Virus record (IMG/VR): IMGVR_UViG_3300028591_000102
Coordinates: 24,579 to 88,578 of that record
DNA length: 64,000 nucleotides
Reading direction: 5' to 3' (one strand)
From: a virus
Lineage: Duplodnaviria; Heunggongvirae; Uroviricota; Caudoviricetes
In this document: positions 20,235 through 30,122 of the stretch, piece by piece
Numbering within the stretch: position 1 is the stretch's first letter
Layout of the letters: every line of letters begins with the position of its first letter
Program-made: the position numbers and the translations under genes
The notes under the pieces: model-generated
What the model saw: only the letters and a program-made list of their open reading frames with translations
Databases searched by the model: none
Told to the model about the DNA's origin: nothing

Positions 20235-20693
20235 TTATCCCTTGTCGATGAGTTCTTTCAGAACAGAGAGAATTTTATCGGGAGTATACGCATCTCCATC
20301 CCATTCATTCCGAATTTCTTCGTTGTCATCGAAAAGAATGTCATCGGATGCGGTCATCCATACTTCTTTCGGTACACCATAGACCGTGATATGGATTGCA
20401 TCGAATGTAACCGAGCTGAGGTGCTGACGTAACCAGTTCAGTTTAACTTCCGTTACAGCCTTGTCATACTCTGTATTGGAACATTTACTGAGCCAGCTAA
20501 TGATACCGATACGGTATCCCATTTTTTGTAGCTTATTCAGATACCGAGCCAGCAGACTCATGTTGTGCATGACTTCAGCTTCAGCATAGGGGGAAGGGTC
20601 AAAAGACCGCAGTTTAGGCAACCAATCGGGAACATCATAGAACCGATTCAAAGTACCGTCCATGTCAAACCATATTGTTCTCATACGATGCAC
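20235..20693 (-). CDS. HAD-superfamily 5'-nucleotidase-like phosphatase
   Basis: WFDMDGTL, IISWLS, ILFDDNE motifs. Confidence 0.85.
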   Translation of the reverse strand: MHRMRTIWFDMDGTLNRFYDVPDWLPKLRSFDPSPYAEAEVMHNMSLLARYLNKLQKMGYRIGIISWLSKCSNTEYDKAVTEVKLNWLRQHLSSVTFDAIHITVYGVPKEVWMTASDDILFDDNEEIRNEWDGDAYTPDKILSVLKELIDKG

Positions 20694-20825
20694 TCCTTTC
20701 TTTCACCATAGACATTGTATCATAAGATATGGGATTTGTCAACATATCATTTAGATGTTTAACATCTAAATTTTAGGATTGATATTTGGAGTATAAAATG
20801 GTATACTATACACGAGGTGAGAGAA

Positions 20826-21149
20826 ATGACGGAGTTAGAAGAAAGACAGACAGTTGTAGAATTAGTTAAAAAATTTGTTAAGCAAAATGAATATGACCGA
20901 TTCTTTTGTCTAATTGATAGTCTTGATACACTAAATCAAACATGGTTTTTACATTTCATTAACCTGTTTATTAATGATGAGGAACATGAATGGATTATTT
21001 GGGATACCGAACCGCAAGAATATTTAAATCTGTTTAATGAAATATTTGAAATTCTTGAGGGACATTATTGGTATTATAAGATACCCGATGATCTTCCAAG
21101 GGGTCTAAGGGCGAGGTGGATAATATATAAAATAGATGAAGAGGATTAA
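20826..21149 (+). CDS. Hypothetical protein (divergent cassette)
   Basis: Promoter TTGATA/TATACT after palindrome 20751; RBS GAGGTG. Confidence 0.7.
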   Translation: MTELEERQTVVELVKKFVKQNEYDRFFCLIDSLDTLNQTWFLHFINLFINDEEHEWIIWDTEPQEYLNLFNEIFEILEGHYWYYKIPDDLPRGLRARWIIYKIDEED

Positions 21150-21264
21150 ACCTCTTCATTTTATTTTGGGATTCTTTTTGAATATATATTTAGATGTTTA
21201 ACATCTAAATTTATAAAATAAAATTACCCCTCTCTAATTGGAGAGGGGTTCTTAGTTACACCAA

Positions 21265-21753
21265 TTAAGCCTTGGTGTAGTAGGACTTCTTGTCGCCGTC
21301 CTTGGTGCCGACAACGAGCACACCCTTTTCGACAAGGCGCTTGGCGCTCTGACCCACGTTCATGGGGGTAAGAGTGAAGGCAACCTTACCTTCGATGGCG
21401 TTCATAATGTCGGTAGCAGTGCAATCCGTGAAGGAAGGCATAGCGCCGATAACGGCATCAAGTTCGTCACGGCGGGCCTGCGCTTCGGGGTTAGGACCCT
21501 TGACCTTAACGGGCTTGTTAGCCTTTTCGGCTTCACGAAGAGCCTTCTCGGCTTCATAAGCCTTGTATTCGGCAATAGCCGCTTCGGCATTAAAAGCCTT
21601 GTGATTCTTGGTGTCCTTGGCAAGAGCCGCACCCACGGCGACCTTGGCAAAGCCTTCATCGGTCGGAATGACCACGAAGTTGGTCTTGTTGGCACGGGCC
21701 ATCTGCGCACCGGGGATAGCGAGGATAGTGTTGAGGATTTCGTTCGTATTCAT
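21265..21753 (-). CDS. Two-domain protein with C-terminal winged helix
   Basis: TATDIMNAI...TPMNVGQSAKRLVEKGVL; GC3-rich codons. Confidence 0.7.
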   Translation of the reverse strand: MNTNEILNTILAIPGAQMARANKTNFVVIPTDEGFAKVAVGAALAKDTKNHKAFNAEAAIAEYKAYEAEKALREAEKANKPVKVKGPNPEAQARRDELDAVIGAMPSFTDCTATDIMNAIEGKVAFTLTPMNVGQSAKRLVEKGVLVVGTKDGDKKSYYTKA

Positions 21754-22115
21754 AGTTACTCCTTTTACACACGGTTTTCAGTATACGGCAGACCGCTAAC
21801 TGCACAAATTTTTGTTTTCTGTCTTTCGACATTTTTATTATATCAGAATTTTTGCACTTTGTCAAGTACTAAATTCTGTTATTTTTTTAGTGAGTGAGCG
21901 TGATGGTATTCCACGCAATCCGTTGATTTTCATTTCGCAATGCTCTCGTCAGAGTTTAATCACTCACTGTGTTCCTTGGCTGGGAACTTCCTCAAACATT
22001 TGGCGCCTTCGTTTGAGGTTTGTTTCCCTTGGAACAATTATTATTATACTCGGATTTCGGAAAAAGTCAAATAATAAATTAGATGTTCGACATCTAAATT
22101 TATTAAGGCGGGACA

Positions 22116-22253
22116 TTAGTCCCTGCCCCTAAGAGCGGTGGCGATTGCAACCACGCACGCGAATACAATACCGTAGATAGAAACAGCAGTGCCGGAAACG
22201 ACGCCACAGAGGTTTAAAATTGCGAGTACAATCATTACAAGGTCCATAAGCAT
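22116..22253 (-). CDS. Small membrane peptide
   Basis: MLMDLVMIVLAILNLCGVVSGTAVSIYGIVFACVVAIATALRGRD; RBS GGAGG. Confidence 0.55.
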   Translation of the reverse strand: MLMDLVMIVLAILNLCGVVSGTAVSIYGIVFACVVAIATALRGRD

Positions 22254-22254
22254 A

Positions 22255-22458
22255 TTATTCCTCCATCATATCATATCTGGTAAGGATACGTTCGATTTTT
22301 TCCACATCCTTATCATTGCAGGTAATAGGGACTTTAATGGTATCAGCAGCTTTCATCGGCTTAATATCGCCGATAGAACAGCCTACGCGCTTAATCATAT
22401 AGTTGAGCACATGAATAGAGATACGATTCTTGGGGAGATAATAGGTGCGAGTAGTCAC
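22255..22458 (-). CDS. Hypothetical protein
   Basis: 67 aa ORF in a small operon. Confidence 0.65.
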   Translation of the reverse strand: MTTRTYYLPKNRISIHVLNYMIKRVGCSIGDIKPMKAADTIKVPITCNDKDVEKIERILTRYDMMEE

Positions 22459-22461
22459 AGC

Positions 22462-22608
22462 TCATTCCACCTTTCCAAAGCGCACTTCATAGGTTTCTAC
22501 GTGCTTCTGCTCCCATTCGGGCAGGGTCTTGATGAACTCAGCACGCTTAACTTCATCTTTGAAATAATGATACCGACCGAAGGTTTTTGCCACAAACAAA
22601 GTTTCCAT
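22462..22608 (-). CDS. Hypothetical protein
   Basis: RBS AAAGGAGAG before METLF. Confidence 0.6.
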   Translation of the reverse strand: METLFVAKTFGRYHYFKDEVKRAEFIKTLPEWEQKHVETYEVRFGKVE

Positions 22609-22718
22609 CGTAACCTCTCCTTTCGTGTTCCTCTTGGAACAATTATATAATATCATAAGTTATGGGATAATGCAATAGATAAATTTAGATGTTTAACATC
22701 TAAAATCTGTGAAGTGGA

Positions 22719-22955
22719 TTACTCCACTTCCCATTCCTTAATATAATATCTGGAATGTTCATAATTGGGATAGTGCCAACAATCTGCGCACTCCCAAGTG
22801 TCATAGTCCTTAGTCAAAAGAAGTACGGGTTCAAGCCCATCACAAGCGCACCCACGCATGGCACTTTCTGCTTTCTCTTCTGATTCATAAATACCATAGA
22901 GATATGGGCTATTGTCATAATCATTAGGATCGATTGTTAGGGTATAGACTTTCAT
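22719..22955 (-). CDS. Hypothetical protein
   Basis: MKVYTL start after GGAGG RBS. Confidence 0.65.
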   Translation of the reverse strand: MKVYTLTIDPNDYDNSPYLYGIYESEEKAESAMRGCACDGLEPVLLLTKDYDTWECADCWHYPNYEHSRYYIKEWEVE

Positions 22956-22956
22956 A

Positions 22957-23115
22957 TTATTCCTCCTCACACGCACAAGGCCAGAAAAAGAAGCCCGGAT
23001 TATCCCGCTCCAGCTCATAGCTGAGCTGTTCAGCTCGTTCTTCGGTTGCTACGATTCTACATGGCGTTGCGGTATTAGAGTCTTCCAGCTCCTGCATAAT
23101 TACCCATTTTACCAT
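22957..23115 (-). CDS. Small hypothetical protein
   Basis: 52 aa, coupled; not in the ORF track. Confidence 0.55.
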   Translation of the reverse strand: MVKWVIMQELEDSNTATPCRIVATEERAEQLSYELERDNPGFFFWPCACEEE

Positions 23116-23261
23116 TACTCCCACTCCTTCAGCTTATATTTTGGTTTCTTGTTACGCTTGTCGGGGATAACACGAGTTACGCAATATCCCTGTGGAAATT
23201 GTTTGCGCTCAGATTGGAATACTTCGACCCAAGTTTTGGGTTTCCGATTCTTCTTACTCAT
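23115..23261 (-). CDS. Small basic protein
   Basis: MSKKNRKPKTWVEVFQSERK...; 48 aa; RBS GGAAGGGA. Confidence 0.55.
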   Translation of the reverse strand: MSKKNRKPKTWVEVFQSERKQFPQGYCVTRVIPDKRNKKPKYKLKEWE

Positions 23262-23354
23262 AATATCCCTTCCTTTCGATATTATTATATCATAATTTTA
23301 GGATATGTCAAATATTAAAATAGATGTTTGACATCTAAGGAGTATAAAAGGGAA

Positions 23355-23639
23355 TTACTTCCCTTCGGTCAGATGCTGAATCGCTTCGGCATGATTGAGA
23401 ACTGTGACATCTCCATTGTCCCACGGCATACAATAGGACTCAAGATAACCATGACGAGCGCCATATGTGCCGCCATGCAAGGCAATATCACCACCAGGGA
23501 ACTTATCAAAAGTCCACTGGTATCCTTCATAGAGAGGATGCCATTCAAATTTGATACCAGCTTTCTTCAGCTTGTGGTTAAATCTACGGCGGTCATTGCC
23601 AAAGTTACGAGTAATGCCCATCATCTTTTTCATTTCCAT
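23355..23639 (-). CDS. Hypothetical protein
   Basis: 94 aa ORF. Confidence 0.7.
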   Translation of the reverse strand: MEMKKMMGITRNFGNDRRRFNHKLKKAGIKFEWHPLYEGYQWTFDKFPGGDIALHGGTYGARHGYLESYCMPWDNGDVTVLNHAEAIQHLTEGK

Positions 23640-23959
23640 ATCGTTTTGCCCCTCTCTGTATACTTGCTCTGATTGCGGTCTACTTTTTTGCGTAGAAACG
23701 CAGGAATCTTACTTGCTCCACCAAAGACAGCTACCAGCTCTTTCTGTGTGGTAACATACATTGTAATGATTTTTTCTTTGGGCTCATCTTTGACAATGGT
23801 AATACCAGTGTCAGTAAGGCAAACCCAGCGCCCAGCTTGCTCCAAACTGAAGCGAGTATACTTTTCTTTGATAATTTGACCAATACCAATCTCATCTATG
23901 ATATGTTGTACTCGATTTGCTCTTTGAACTGCTACATGGTAAGTCATTTGTTCCTTCAT
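23630..23959 (-). CDS. Hypothetical protein
   Basis: 109 aa ORF, RBS AGGAGAG. Confidence 0.7.
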   Translation of the reverse strand: MKEQMTYHVAVQRANRVQHIIDEIGIGQIIKEKYTRFSLEQAGRWVCLTDTGITIVKDEPKEKIITMYVTTQKELVAVFGGASKIPAFLRKKVDRNQSKYTERGKTIWK

Positions 23960-24056
23960 GATAATCTCTCCTTTCGCTATTATAATATCATATAGTTATG
24001 GGAAAGTCAATAATTATAATTAGATGTTAAACATCTAAATAATTGGAAAATGTGGT

Positions 24057-24209
24057 TTATTCAACCACATTTCCAAACACAATGAGTCCCCACGCAACAA
24101 TGGCACAAATAAGGCTAACAGTATATTGAAAATTAAACTTACCATTTTCATCTGTAAATGAGCCATGCCAAATCATAGACAGAGATAACAGAATCAGAAT
24201 CGCTTTCAC
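24057..24209 (-). CDS. Small membrane peptide
   Basis: GTG start, 50 aa, two hydrophobic segments. Confidence 0.5.
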   Translation of the reverse strand: MKAILILLSLSMIWHGSFTDENGKFNFQYTVSLICAIVAWGLIVFGNVVE

Positions 24210-24212
24210 AGC

Positions 24213-24440
24213 TTACACCTCTTTCGCATAGTAGGCAAGGTTCATACCTGTTTCCGGGGAGCAGTTGTAATAGAAGACTGCATCGCATACCTTGTCAAAG
24301 GTATCCATAAACATGGGTTCAGAAGGTTTAGAAATCCAGCTTGCCAACGGGCTGTTCGGCTTGATACGATTCGGTATAATCATAATTTCTTCGCCGTTGT
24401 CGTACATCTTGCGCGCGAGTGCCTTTGTAATCTTTACCAT
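24213..24440 (-). CDS. Hypothetical protein
   Basis: 75 aa cassette ORF. Confidence 0.7.
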   Translation of the reverse strand: MVKITKALARKMYDNGEEIMIIPNRIKPNSPLASWISKPSEPMFMDTFDKVCDAVFYYNCSPETGMNLAYYAKEV

Positions 24441-24581
24441 CTTGCTACCGCCTTTCTGTTCTCTCTTGGAACAATATCATTATATCATATTGAGATAGAA
24501 TGTCAATATAGTCTTTTAGATGTTTGACATCTAAATATAGGCGCTTAGGTATGTGCGCCATAGGATTTAAAATCATTATTC

Positions 24582-24800
24582 TTACCAATAAATATGAATA
24601 CGTCCTAATTCAAGTAGATGTTGAAAAGATTTACTATTTTTTACTCTTCGCTCTTTCCATAAATTTCTATAGCCCCAAACGAAAGGATAGTCCTTGTTAT
24701 TTCGTATGATTTGACAAAATTCTCCAATCCAAAAATGCCATGAACCAGAAGTATATTTATGATAGGCAAACCATCGATTTTCCCATTCTTTTTTCTTCAT
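24582..24800 (-). CDS. Hypothetical Trp-rich protein
   Basis: 72 aa cassette ORF. Confidence 0.6.
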   Translation of the reverse strand: MKKKEWENRWFAYHKYTSGSWHFWIGEFCQIIRNNKDYPFVWGYRNLWKERRVKNSKSFQHLLELGRIHIYW

Positions 24801-24918
24801 CTTAATTATCCTTTCTGCCTCCTTTGGGACAATATTATTATATCATATTGGGATAAAATGTCAACTATAATAGTTAGATGTTTAACATCTAAATAGAAAA
24901 TGAAATTAAAGCAAGGGA

Positions 24919-25155
24919 TTACTCCCTTGCCATAACTTCTTCTTCAGTAAGGCCAAGCCAGTCACAGATGTCCTCAAACTGGAACCACATCCAGTCATTG
25001 ATTTCCGTGGTGCTCCAAGGCTCATCATCGCCAATAATTTCTTCCAGCTGTTCCTCCAGCGTGTCCAGCTCTTCGGGAGTCAGTTTGGCGGCATTGGTAG
25101 CGGCACCGCCCCAAAAGGTGAAATCTCTCAGTTTCTTTTCAATCGTCATTGTCAT
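24919..25155 (-). CDS. Acidic hypothetical protein
   Basis: 78 aa cassette ORF; acidic (possible DNA mimic, inference only). Confidence 0.7.
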   Translation of the reverse strand: MTMTIEKKLRDFTFWGGAATNAAKLTPEELDTLEEQLEEIIGDDEPWSTTEINDWMWFQFEDICDWLGLTEEEVMARE

Positions 25156-25283
25156 GGTATTATCACTTTCCTTTCTTTATCTTGGAAGGCTTTCTTTCCC
25201 TTCCGCATTATTATAATATCATATTTTGAAATATGTGTCAATTATTTAATTAGATGTTCGACATCTAAGTTATATAGGGAGGA

Positions 25284-25490
25284 TTACTCCTCCTCATTAA
25301 CTCCGGCGCAATCAGAACAGTAAGTATAACCGTTATCGTCAATCCATGCCGAAGGAATTGCCATTGTCATTTCACAACAAGTACAACGTACTACCATTGG
25401 ATAACCATGCTGGTTAAACCAACTGCCGGGGATTTCTTTTTCGGGGATTTCAATACTGCGATCACGTACATACTCAGTAAAACTTTTCAT
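25284..25490 (-). CDS. Small Zn-finger-like protein
   Basis: CTCC...YCSDC. Confidence 0.65.
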   Translation of the reverse strand: MKSFTEYVRDRSIEIPEKEIPGSWFNQHGYPMVVRCTCCEMTMAIPSAWIDDNGYTYCSDCAGVNEEE

Positions 25491-25655
25491 TGGATTTTCC
25501 TTCCTTTCTGTCTCTTAGGACATTATTATAATATCACATTATGGGATAATATGCAACTATAATTATTAGATGTCCGACATCTAAGTTTGGAAATAAAATA
25601 ATTGCCCTATTAAAATTATAGGGCGGTGGACGTGGATTATTAGGCCGGACATAAA

Positions 25656-25895
25656 TTAACACGAAATCAGCACCTCCCCGTGCTTGGCAATGTACTCTTC
25701 AAAGGCGCGAGGTCCCAGCTCGCACATCTGCTGAGTCCAGCTGGCCATCAGATACACCTTGCCAGCTCTTTTACCCAGCCAGCTGGTAGCCAGCTTCAGC
25801 AGGGCACGGCGAGACTTGATGCTCTTCGGCACAACCAACTGTCCATCATTTCCCATAGGAATCCATCCGAGACGGTCAGCATAGAATAAGTACAT
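25656..25895 (-). CDS. Hypothetical protein
   Basis: 79 aa cassette ORF. Confidence 0.65.
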   Translation of the reverse strand: MYLFYADRLGWIPMGNDGQLVVPKSIKSRRALLKLATSWLGKRAGKVYLMASWTQQMCELGPRAFEEYIAKHGEVLISC

Positions 25896-26006
25896 TGTTT
25901 CAATCTCCTTTCTTGTTCCTCTCTGAGGACAATACTATTATATCATATATCTATATATTGTCAAGTTCTATTTTAGATGTCGAACATCTAAGTTAATGGT
26001 GTGGCC

Positions 26007-26240
26007 TCAAACGAGGCCACACAGTTCCCGATAAGAGATATCCGGGCCGTACCAGTTGGCGACTAGCTTCGGGGCCTTGCCCAGCGCTTTGGCCAGCCGG
26101 GCCATCTCCCGACAGCCATCCTCGAAGCTCGTCTGATGATGCATAACCAGCGTGCCAGTATCAATGTAGATGTTGGCATAATTCATGGGATTGTTCATGC
26201 CATAGTTGGTAATGGTGATGCTTACAAACGTTTCTTTCAT
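26007..26240 (-). CDS. Hypothetical protein
   Basis: 77 aa; weakly similar to 26355-26594. Confidence 0.65.
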   Translation of the reverse strand: MKETFVSITITNYGMNNPMNYANIYIDTGTLVMHHQTSFEDGCREMARLAKALGKAPKLVANWYGPDISYRELCGLV

Positions 26241-26354
26241 TGGGAATCCCTCACTTTCTCTTTGTCCCCTTCGGGCAAGTATATTATCTCATATATATAT
26301 GTAATTGTCAATAGGTATATTTAGATGTTTAACATCTAAGATAATAGGGGCGCC

Positions 26355-26594
26355 TTAATGGCGCGCCCAGTATTCCACATCCACGTGGGCAATGGAGTTC
26401 CTAAACATATTGGCGACAACCGTGCGGGTGGCACCGGCTTTGACCAGCTCCCACTGCATTTTCCGAGCTTTATCGTAGCTCAGCTTGCGGGAAGTCATTT
26501 CCCCGTCATCTACTCGTTCATACAGAGTGCAATTCGGGGTGTAGTGAGGATTGGAATAGGTGGAGATACAGAGACTGATGTAAATGTGCTTCAT
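26355..26594 (-). CDS. Hypothetical protein
   Basis: 79 aa cassette ORF. Confidence 0.65.
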   Translation of the reverse strand: MKHIYISLCISTYSNPHYTPNCTLYERVDDGEMTSRKLSYDKARKMQWELVKAGATRTVVANMFRNSIAHVDVEYWARH

Positions 26595-26710
26595 ATTGGA
26601 TTCCTTCCTTTCTGTCTCCTTCTTGGTACACTCTTATTATATCACTTTTATATATAATTGCAACCTTTTTCTTAGATGTTTGACATCTAAGATAAATGAA
26701 AGATTCGAAG

Positions 26711-27052
26711 TTACTTTTCAGTAACTTCGAGAATGTACATGGCAAGTTCATGTAACTCAAGACTTCCATTATATTCTGCTCCAACAATTTCATCATGGGT
26801 GTAATCATCATCAAAGCCGAACAACCGCAATGTAGCAATGTCGCCGATGTGCCATTCATCCTCGTCATAGAACTCCCACAGCTCACCATTATTATCAAGG
26901 CATTCCAGCTTGATACAGTCAGGCTCCAGCTCTATGCCTACGATAACTGTATCCAGCGTGTAGGCGGCTTCAGCATCGGCAGGGATGGCGAACGCCATAG
27001 AAACAATGATAGCAACGGTGATAGCGGTGGCGATAGCAATAATCTTTTTCAT
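26711..27052 (-). CDS. Secreted/membrane-anchored protein
   Basis: Signal peptide MKKIIAIATAITVAIIVSMAFAIPADA. Confidence 0.7.
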   Translation of the reverse strand: MKKIIAIATAITVAIIVSMAFAIPADAEAAYTLDTVIVGIELEPDCIKLECLDNNGELWEFYDEDEWHIGDIATLRLFGFDDDYTHDEIVGAEYNGSLELHELAMYILEVTEK

Positions 27053-27168
27053 GTTCTTTCTTCCTTTCTGTCCTCTTTGGACAATCTTATTATATCATAA
27101 TTGTATAAAAAAGCAAGTTGTTTTTTAGATGTTTGACATCTAAGAAAATATAAAGCGCCTGAGGGCGC

Positions 27169-27399
27169 TTAATGGTTGTCGTACAGTTCGAGGTCTTCGG
27201 GCCGGATCACATTGCCGAAGTCCTTATCAATGAAGTCGAAACCGGCTTCTTTGGCTTCGGTCAGCAGGACGTGCATCCGGAGCCGGTATTCGTCGGCTTC
27301 TTCTTTGCGCTTACGGACACGACGGGCTTCGTTAATTACCATGGTCAGGTCTTCCGTGGTCATGCTGTCAAGGTCAATAATTGTGCGTCCGATTCTCAT
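27169..27399 (-). CDS. Hypothetical protein
   Basis: 76 aa cassette ORF. Confidence 0.7.
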   Translation of the reverse strand: MRIGRTIIDLDSMTTEDLTMVINEARRVRKRKEEADEYRLRMHVLLTEAKEAGFDFIDKDFGNVIRPEDLELYDNH

Positions 27400-27509
27400 G
27401 TTTTTCTTCCTCTCTTTCTGTCCCTTGGGACATTATTATAATATCATATTATTGATATAATTGCAATATCTATAGTTAGATGTTTGACATCTAAGTTTCG
27501 GGAACCGGG

Positions 27510-27794
27510 TTAACCCCGGTTCCGGCACTCGCCGGTATAGATGTTAAATTCCTTATTGTCAAGGTACAGCTGTTTGGCCAGCTGGTAGGTGAAACCCCGC
27601 TCCCGCATGAACCAGCCGATATGCTTGATCGTGGTCATGCTGTAAGTCCCCGTGCAATGGAGCCAGCCTTCCGGCGTGATAATAATAACCGGGGTGGTGT
27701 AGCTTATCAAGGCCACTGTTCCGTCAAAATAGTGATATTCCTGTGCCTGTGCATGGTTGTGGCCCGCTACCGCTTTACTGTACTCAATATTCAT
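27510..27794 (-). CDS. Hypothetical phage protein
   Basis: 94 aa; LISYTTPV...YSMTTIKHI motif. Confidence 0.7.
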   Translation of the reverse strand: MNIEYSKAVAGHNHAQAQEYHYFDGTVALISYTTPVIIITPEGWLHCTGTYSMTTIKHIGWFMRERGFTYQLAKQLYLDNKEFNIYTGECRNRG

Positions 27795-27919
27795 TGTTCA
27801 ATCCCTCTTTCTTTTATTTCTTGTCCCTTAGGACAAGTATATATTATCATACCCCTGTTAATATGTCAATACTCTAAGTTAGATGTTTAACATCTAAATA
27901 TCAATAAGGCCCGAAGGCC

Positions 27920-28228
27920 TTAACAGTAAACCAACTTGAAACCCTTCCACCGGAGAACAGAGATTTGATTGCACCGGCGGCCGATCTCCATCGCTTCTTT
28001 TTTCGTATTGACGCGGATGGAGTGATCAATATAGTAGATGCCGCTGCTGAACCAGATGCCGCAATTGCCGCCCAGCTCGCGCACCAGCTTGATTGCGGCT
28101 TCTGGAGTCGTCACCTGATAGCCGTAGTCAGCTACCTGCCAGCCGCTTTTATAAGTGATGATATGGCCCGACTTCAGAGTAAGGCCGTCATCATCCCTCA
28201 GTTTCCGGATAGTACGCACGTTAATCAT
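27920..28228 (-). CDS. Hypothetical protein
   Basis: 102 aa cassette ORF. Confidence 0.7.
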   Translation of the reverse strand: MINVRTIRKLRDDDGLTLKSGHIITYKSGWQVADYGYQVTTPEAAIKLVRELGGNCGIWFSSGIYYIDHSIRVNTKKEAMEIGRRCNQISVLRWKGFKLVYC

Positions 28229-28328
28229 TTGAACAATCTCCCTTCCCTTTGATGATATAATTATATACTATCCTTATATATCTGTCAAGTATTTTTCTTA
28301 GATGTATAACATCTAAGTTTCGGGAACC

Positions 28329-28520
28329 TCAGGATTTCTCCTGAGGCGCGAAAACTTTTACGAATTCATTTTCTAATATAACAATTTCGTAATTATCATC
28401 CAGAACCCACTGGCTGATATATTCTTTAGCCTGCTCTTTCGGGATTGGCCAAGAACCCCACGGGCAGCAGTAACGATAGACTTTTGCGGATTTAATGTAG
28501 CGGATGCATCTTTCTTCCAT
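28329..28520 (-). CDS. Hypothetical protein
   Basis: 63 aa cassette ORF. Confidence 0.55.
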   Translation of the reverse strand: MEERCIRYIKSAKVYRYCCPWGSWPIPKEQAKEYISQWVLDDNYEIVILENEFVKVFAPQEKS

Positions 28521-28643
28521 GTTTTGTTCCTCTCTTTCATGTCTGGGTTTCGGGTACCGGGGCTACCCCGATTATATAAAAAAAAGAATGAAAAGTCAAT
28601 ATGAAATTTAGATGTTATACATCTAAGGTTTCGGGGTGAAGGC

Positions 28644-28778
28644 TTACGCCTTCTCCCACTCTTTTTTCTTTTCATCTGCTTTGGTTTTGGTCTTAAACCA
28701 TTCACGGGTTACGTTTGGTCCAATGCGCTTTTCAACATAGTAACCTTTGTTCAGTTTGATGATATTCACGGTTTTCAT
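28644..28778 (-). CDS. Small basic protein
   Basis: MKTVNIIK start after GAAAGGAG RBS. Confidence 0.55.
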   Translation of the reverse strand: MKTVNIIKLNKGYYVEKRIGPNVTREWFKTKTKADEKKKEWEKA

Positions 28779-28925
28779 GGTTTCGGGTCTCCTTTCGTGG
28801 GGTTCTACCCCTTTCTTGATGATACAATTATAAATGAAATTGTTGAATCTGTCAACACTCAAATTTAGATGTCTAACATCTAAGTTTATATGAGTGACCG
28901 AAGCCACTCCGTTATGGGAAAGTTT

Positions 28926-29087
28926 TTACTTCATGTAACTATAAATCTGCCAACCGCCTTCAGAATCAAATTGACCGTAATCGCGCATCAGAATCCAGTC
29001 GCGCGCTGCCATGTAAGAGATGAAACCTTCGTTAATAATACGATGGGTATTAATAGTAACGATGCGGTAACGAGTGACCTTTTTCAT
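28926..29087 (-). CDS. Hypothetical protein
   Basis: MKKVTR start after AGGAGG RBS. Confidence 0.55.
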   Translation of the reverse strand: MKKVTRYRIVTINTHRIINEGFISYMAARDWILMRDYGQFDSEGGWQIYSYMK

Positions 29088-29234
29088 AATGTAACCCTCC
29101 TGTTTTGGGAATGTAACCATCCCCGAATCTTCATCTAATTATATCAAATTTGAAAATGAAATACAATAGTTTATTTAGATGTCTAACATCTAAGTAATGG
29201 GATTCCCCGTAACCTTCCGGTTACGGGAATTTTT

Positions 29235-29525
29235 TTACCATTCAATTTTTAAAGTGTTCTTTCCGTAATGATTTTCTAATACGGTAAAGCCGGCATCTTC
29301 AAAAGTTTTAGTAAACAGTTGCTGTGCATATTCCAGAGCCTTGACCGTAGTGAAACGGGATTTTTCATAGGGACAAAATGTAGCTTGAGTGTAACCGTTT
29401 TTGGAATGAAATTCAATGCTTTTGCTCATCATTTCGGTCAGCTCATTGACTTTAGCTTCAATATCAGCAAGGATTGCGGCTTCATAGTTGATGGCATTGG
29501 CGCGGGCTTCAGTGGCGTTAATCAT
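29235..29525 (-). CDS. Hypothetical protein
   Basis: 96 aa, RBS AGGAGG. Confidence 0.7.
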   Translation of the reverse strand: MINATEARANAINYEAAILADIEAKVNELTEMMSKSIEFHSKNGYTQATFCPYEKSRFTTVKALEYAQQLFTKTFEDAGFTVLENHYGKNTLKIEW

Positions 29526-29645
29526 GGGTTAATCCTCCTTTAGTTTCGGGTTCTTGTTCAATCCCTTTTCTATGATCTTATTATATCAAACTGGGAATGA
29601 AATTGCAATAGGGTAAGTTAGATGTTCAACATCTAAGAAAGTGGG

Positions 29646-29861
29646 TCATTTGACCCGCTTCCGGATAATAATATAATTCCATTTATCGCTTGACTCCATG
29701 TAATACTTACCGCAATAACGCTCCATATAAGCGAAGATGCGGTCAATTTTGTTTTCTGCATACATAGAAGGGACAGTCAGGCGGACCTCTGCTTCAGTGT
29801 CGAGACGGTGCGCGATATGGCGCGCGGTGCGAGCGATACGACCTTCATGGATAGTCTTCAT
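29646..29861 (-). CDS. Hypothetical protein
   Basis: MKTIHE start after GGGAGG RBS. Confidence 0.65.
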   Translation of the reverse strand: MKTIHEGRIARTARHIAHRLDTEAEVRLTVPSMYAENKIDRIFAYMERYCGKYYMESSDKWNYIIIRKRVK

Positions 29862-29957
29862 AGTGATTACCTCCCTCTCTTGATGATAGTAGTGTATCAT
29901 ATGATAGTCATAAACACAAGAGTGGTTCTTAGATGTCTAACATCTAAAAAGGAAGGG

Positions 29958-30122
29958 TCATTTGACCCCAAGATCACGCGTAAAAGCGCGGACTTCATCA
30001 AGTGATGAACTGGCAAAAATATCCTCTTCCATACCGTCAGAAATTTCCACAACAACCCATCCGTGAAAATTGACAGTATCCACCCGCCGCACTTCATAAG
30101 AATAGGTAACTTCAATAGACAT
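29958..30122 (-). CDS. Small hypothetical protein
   Basis: MSIEVTYSYEVRRVDTV..., 54 aa, RBS GGAGG; not in the ORF track. Confidence 0.55.
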   Translation of the reverse strand: MSIEVTYSYEVRRVDTVNFHGWVVVEISDGMEEDIFASSSLDEVRAFTRDLGVK

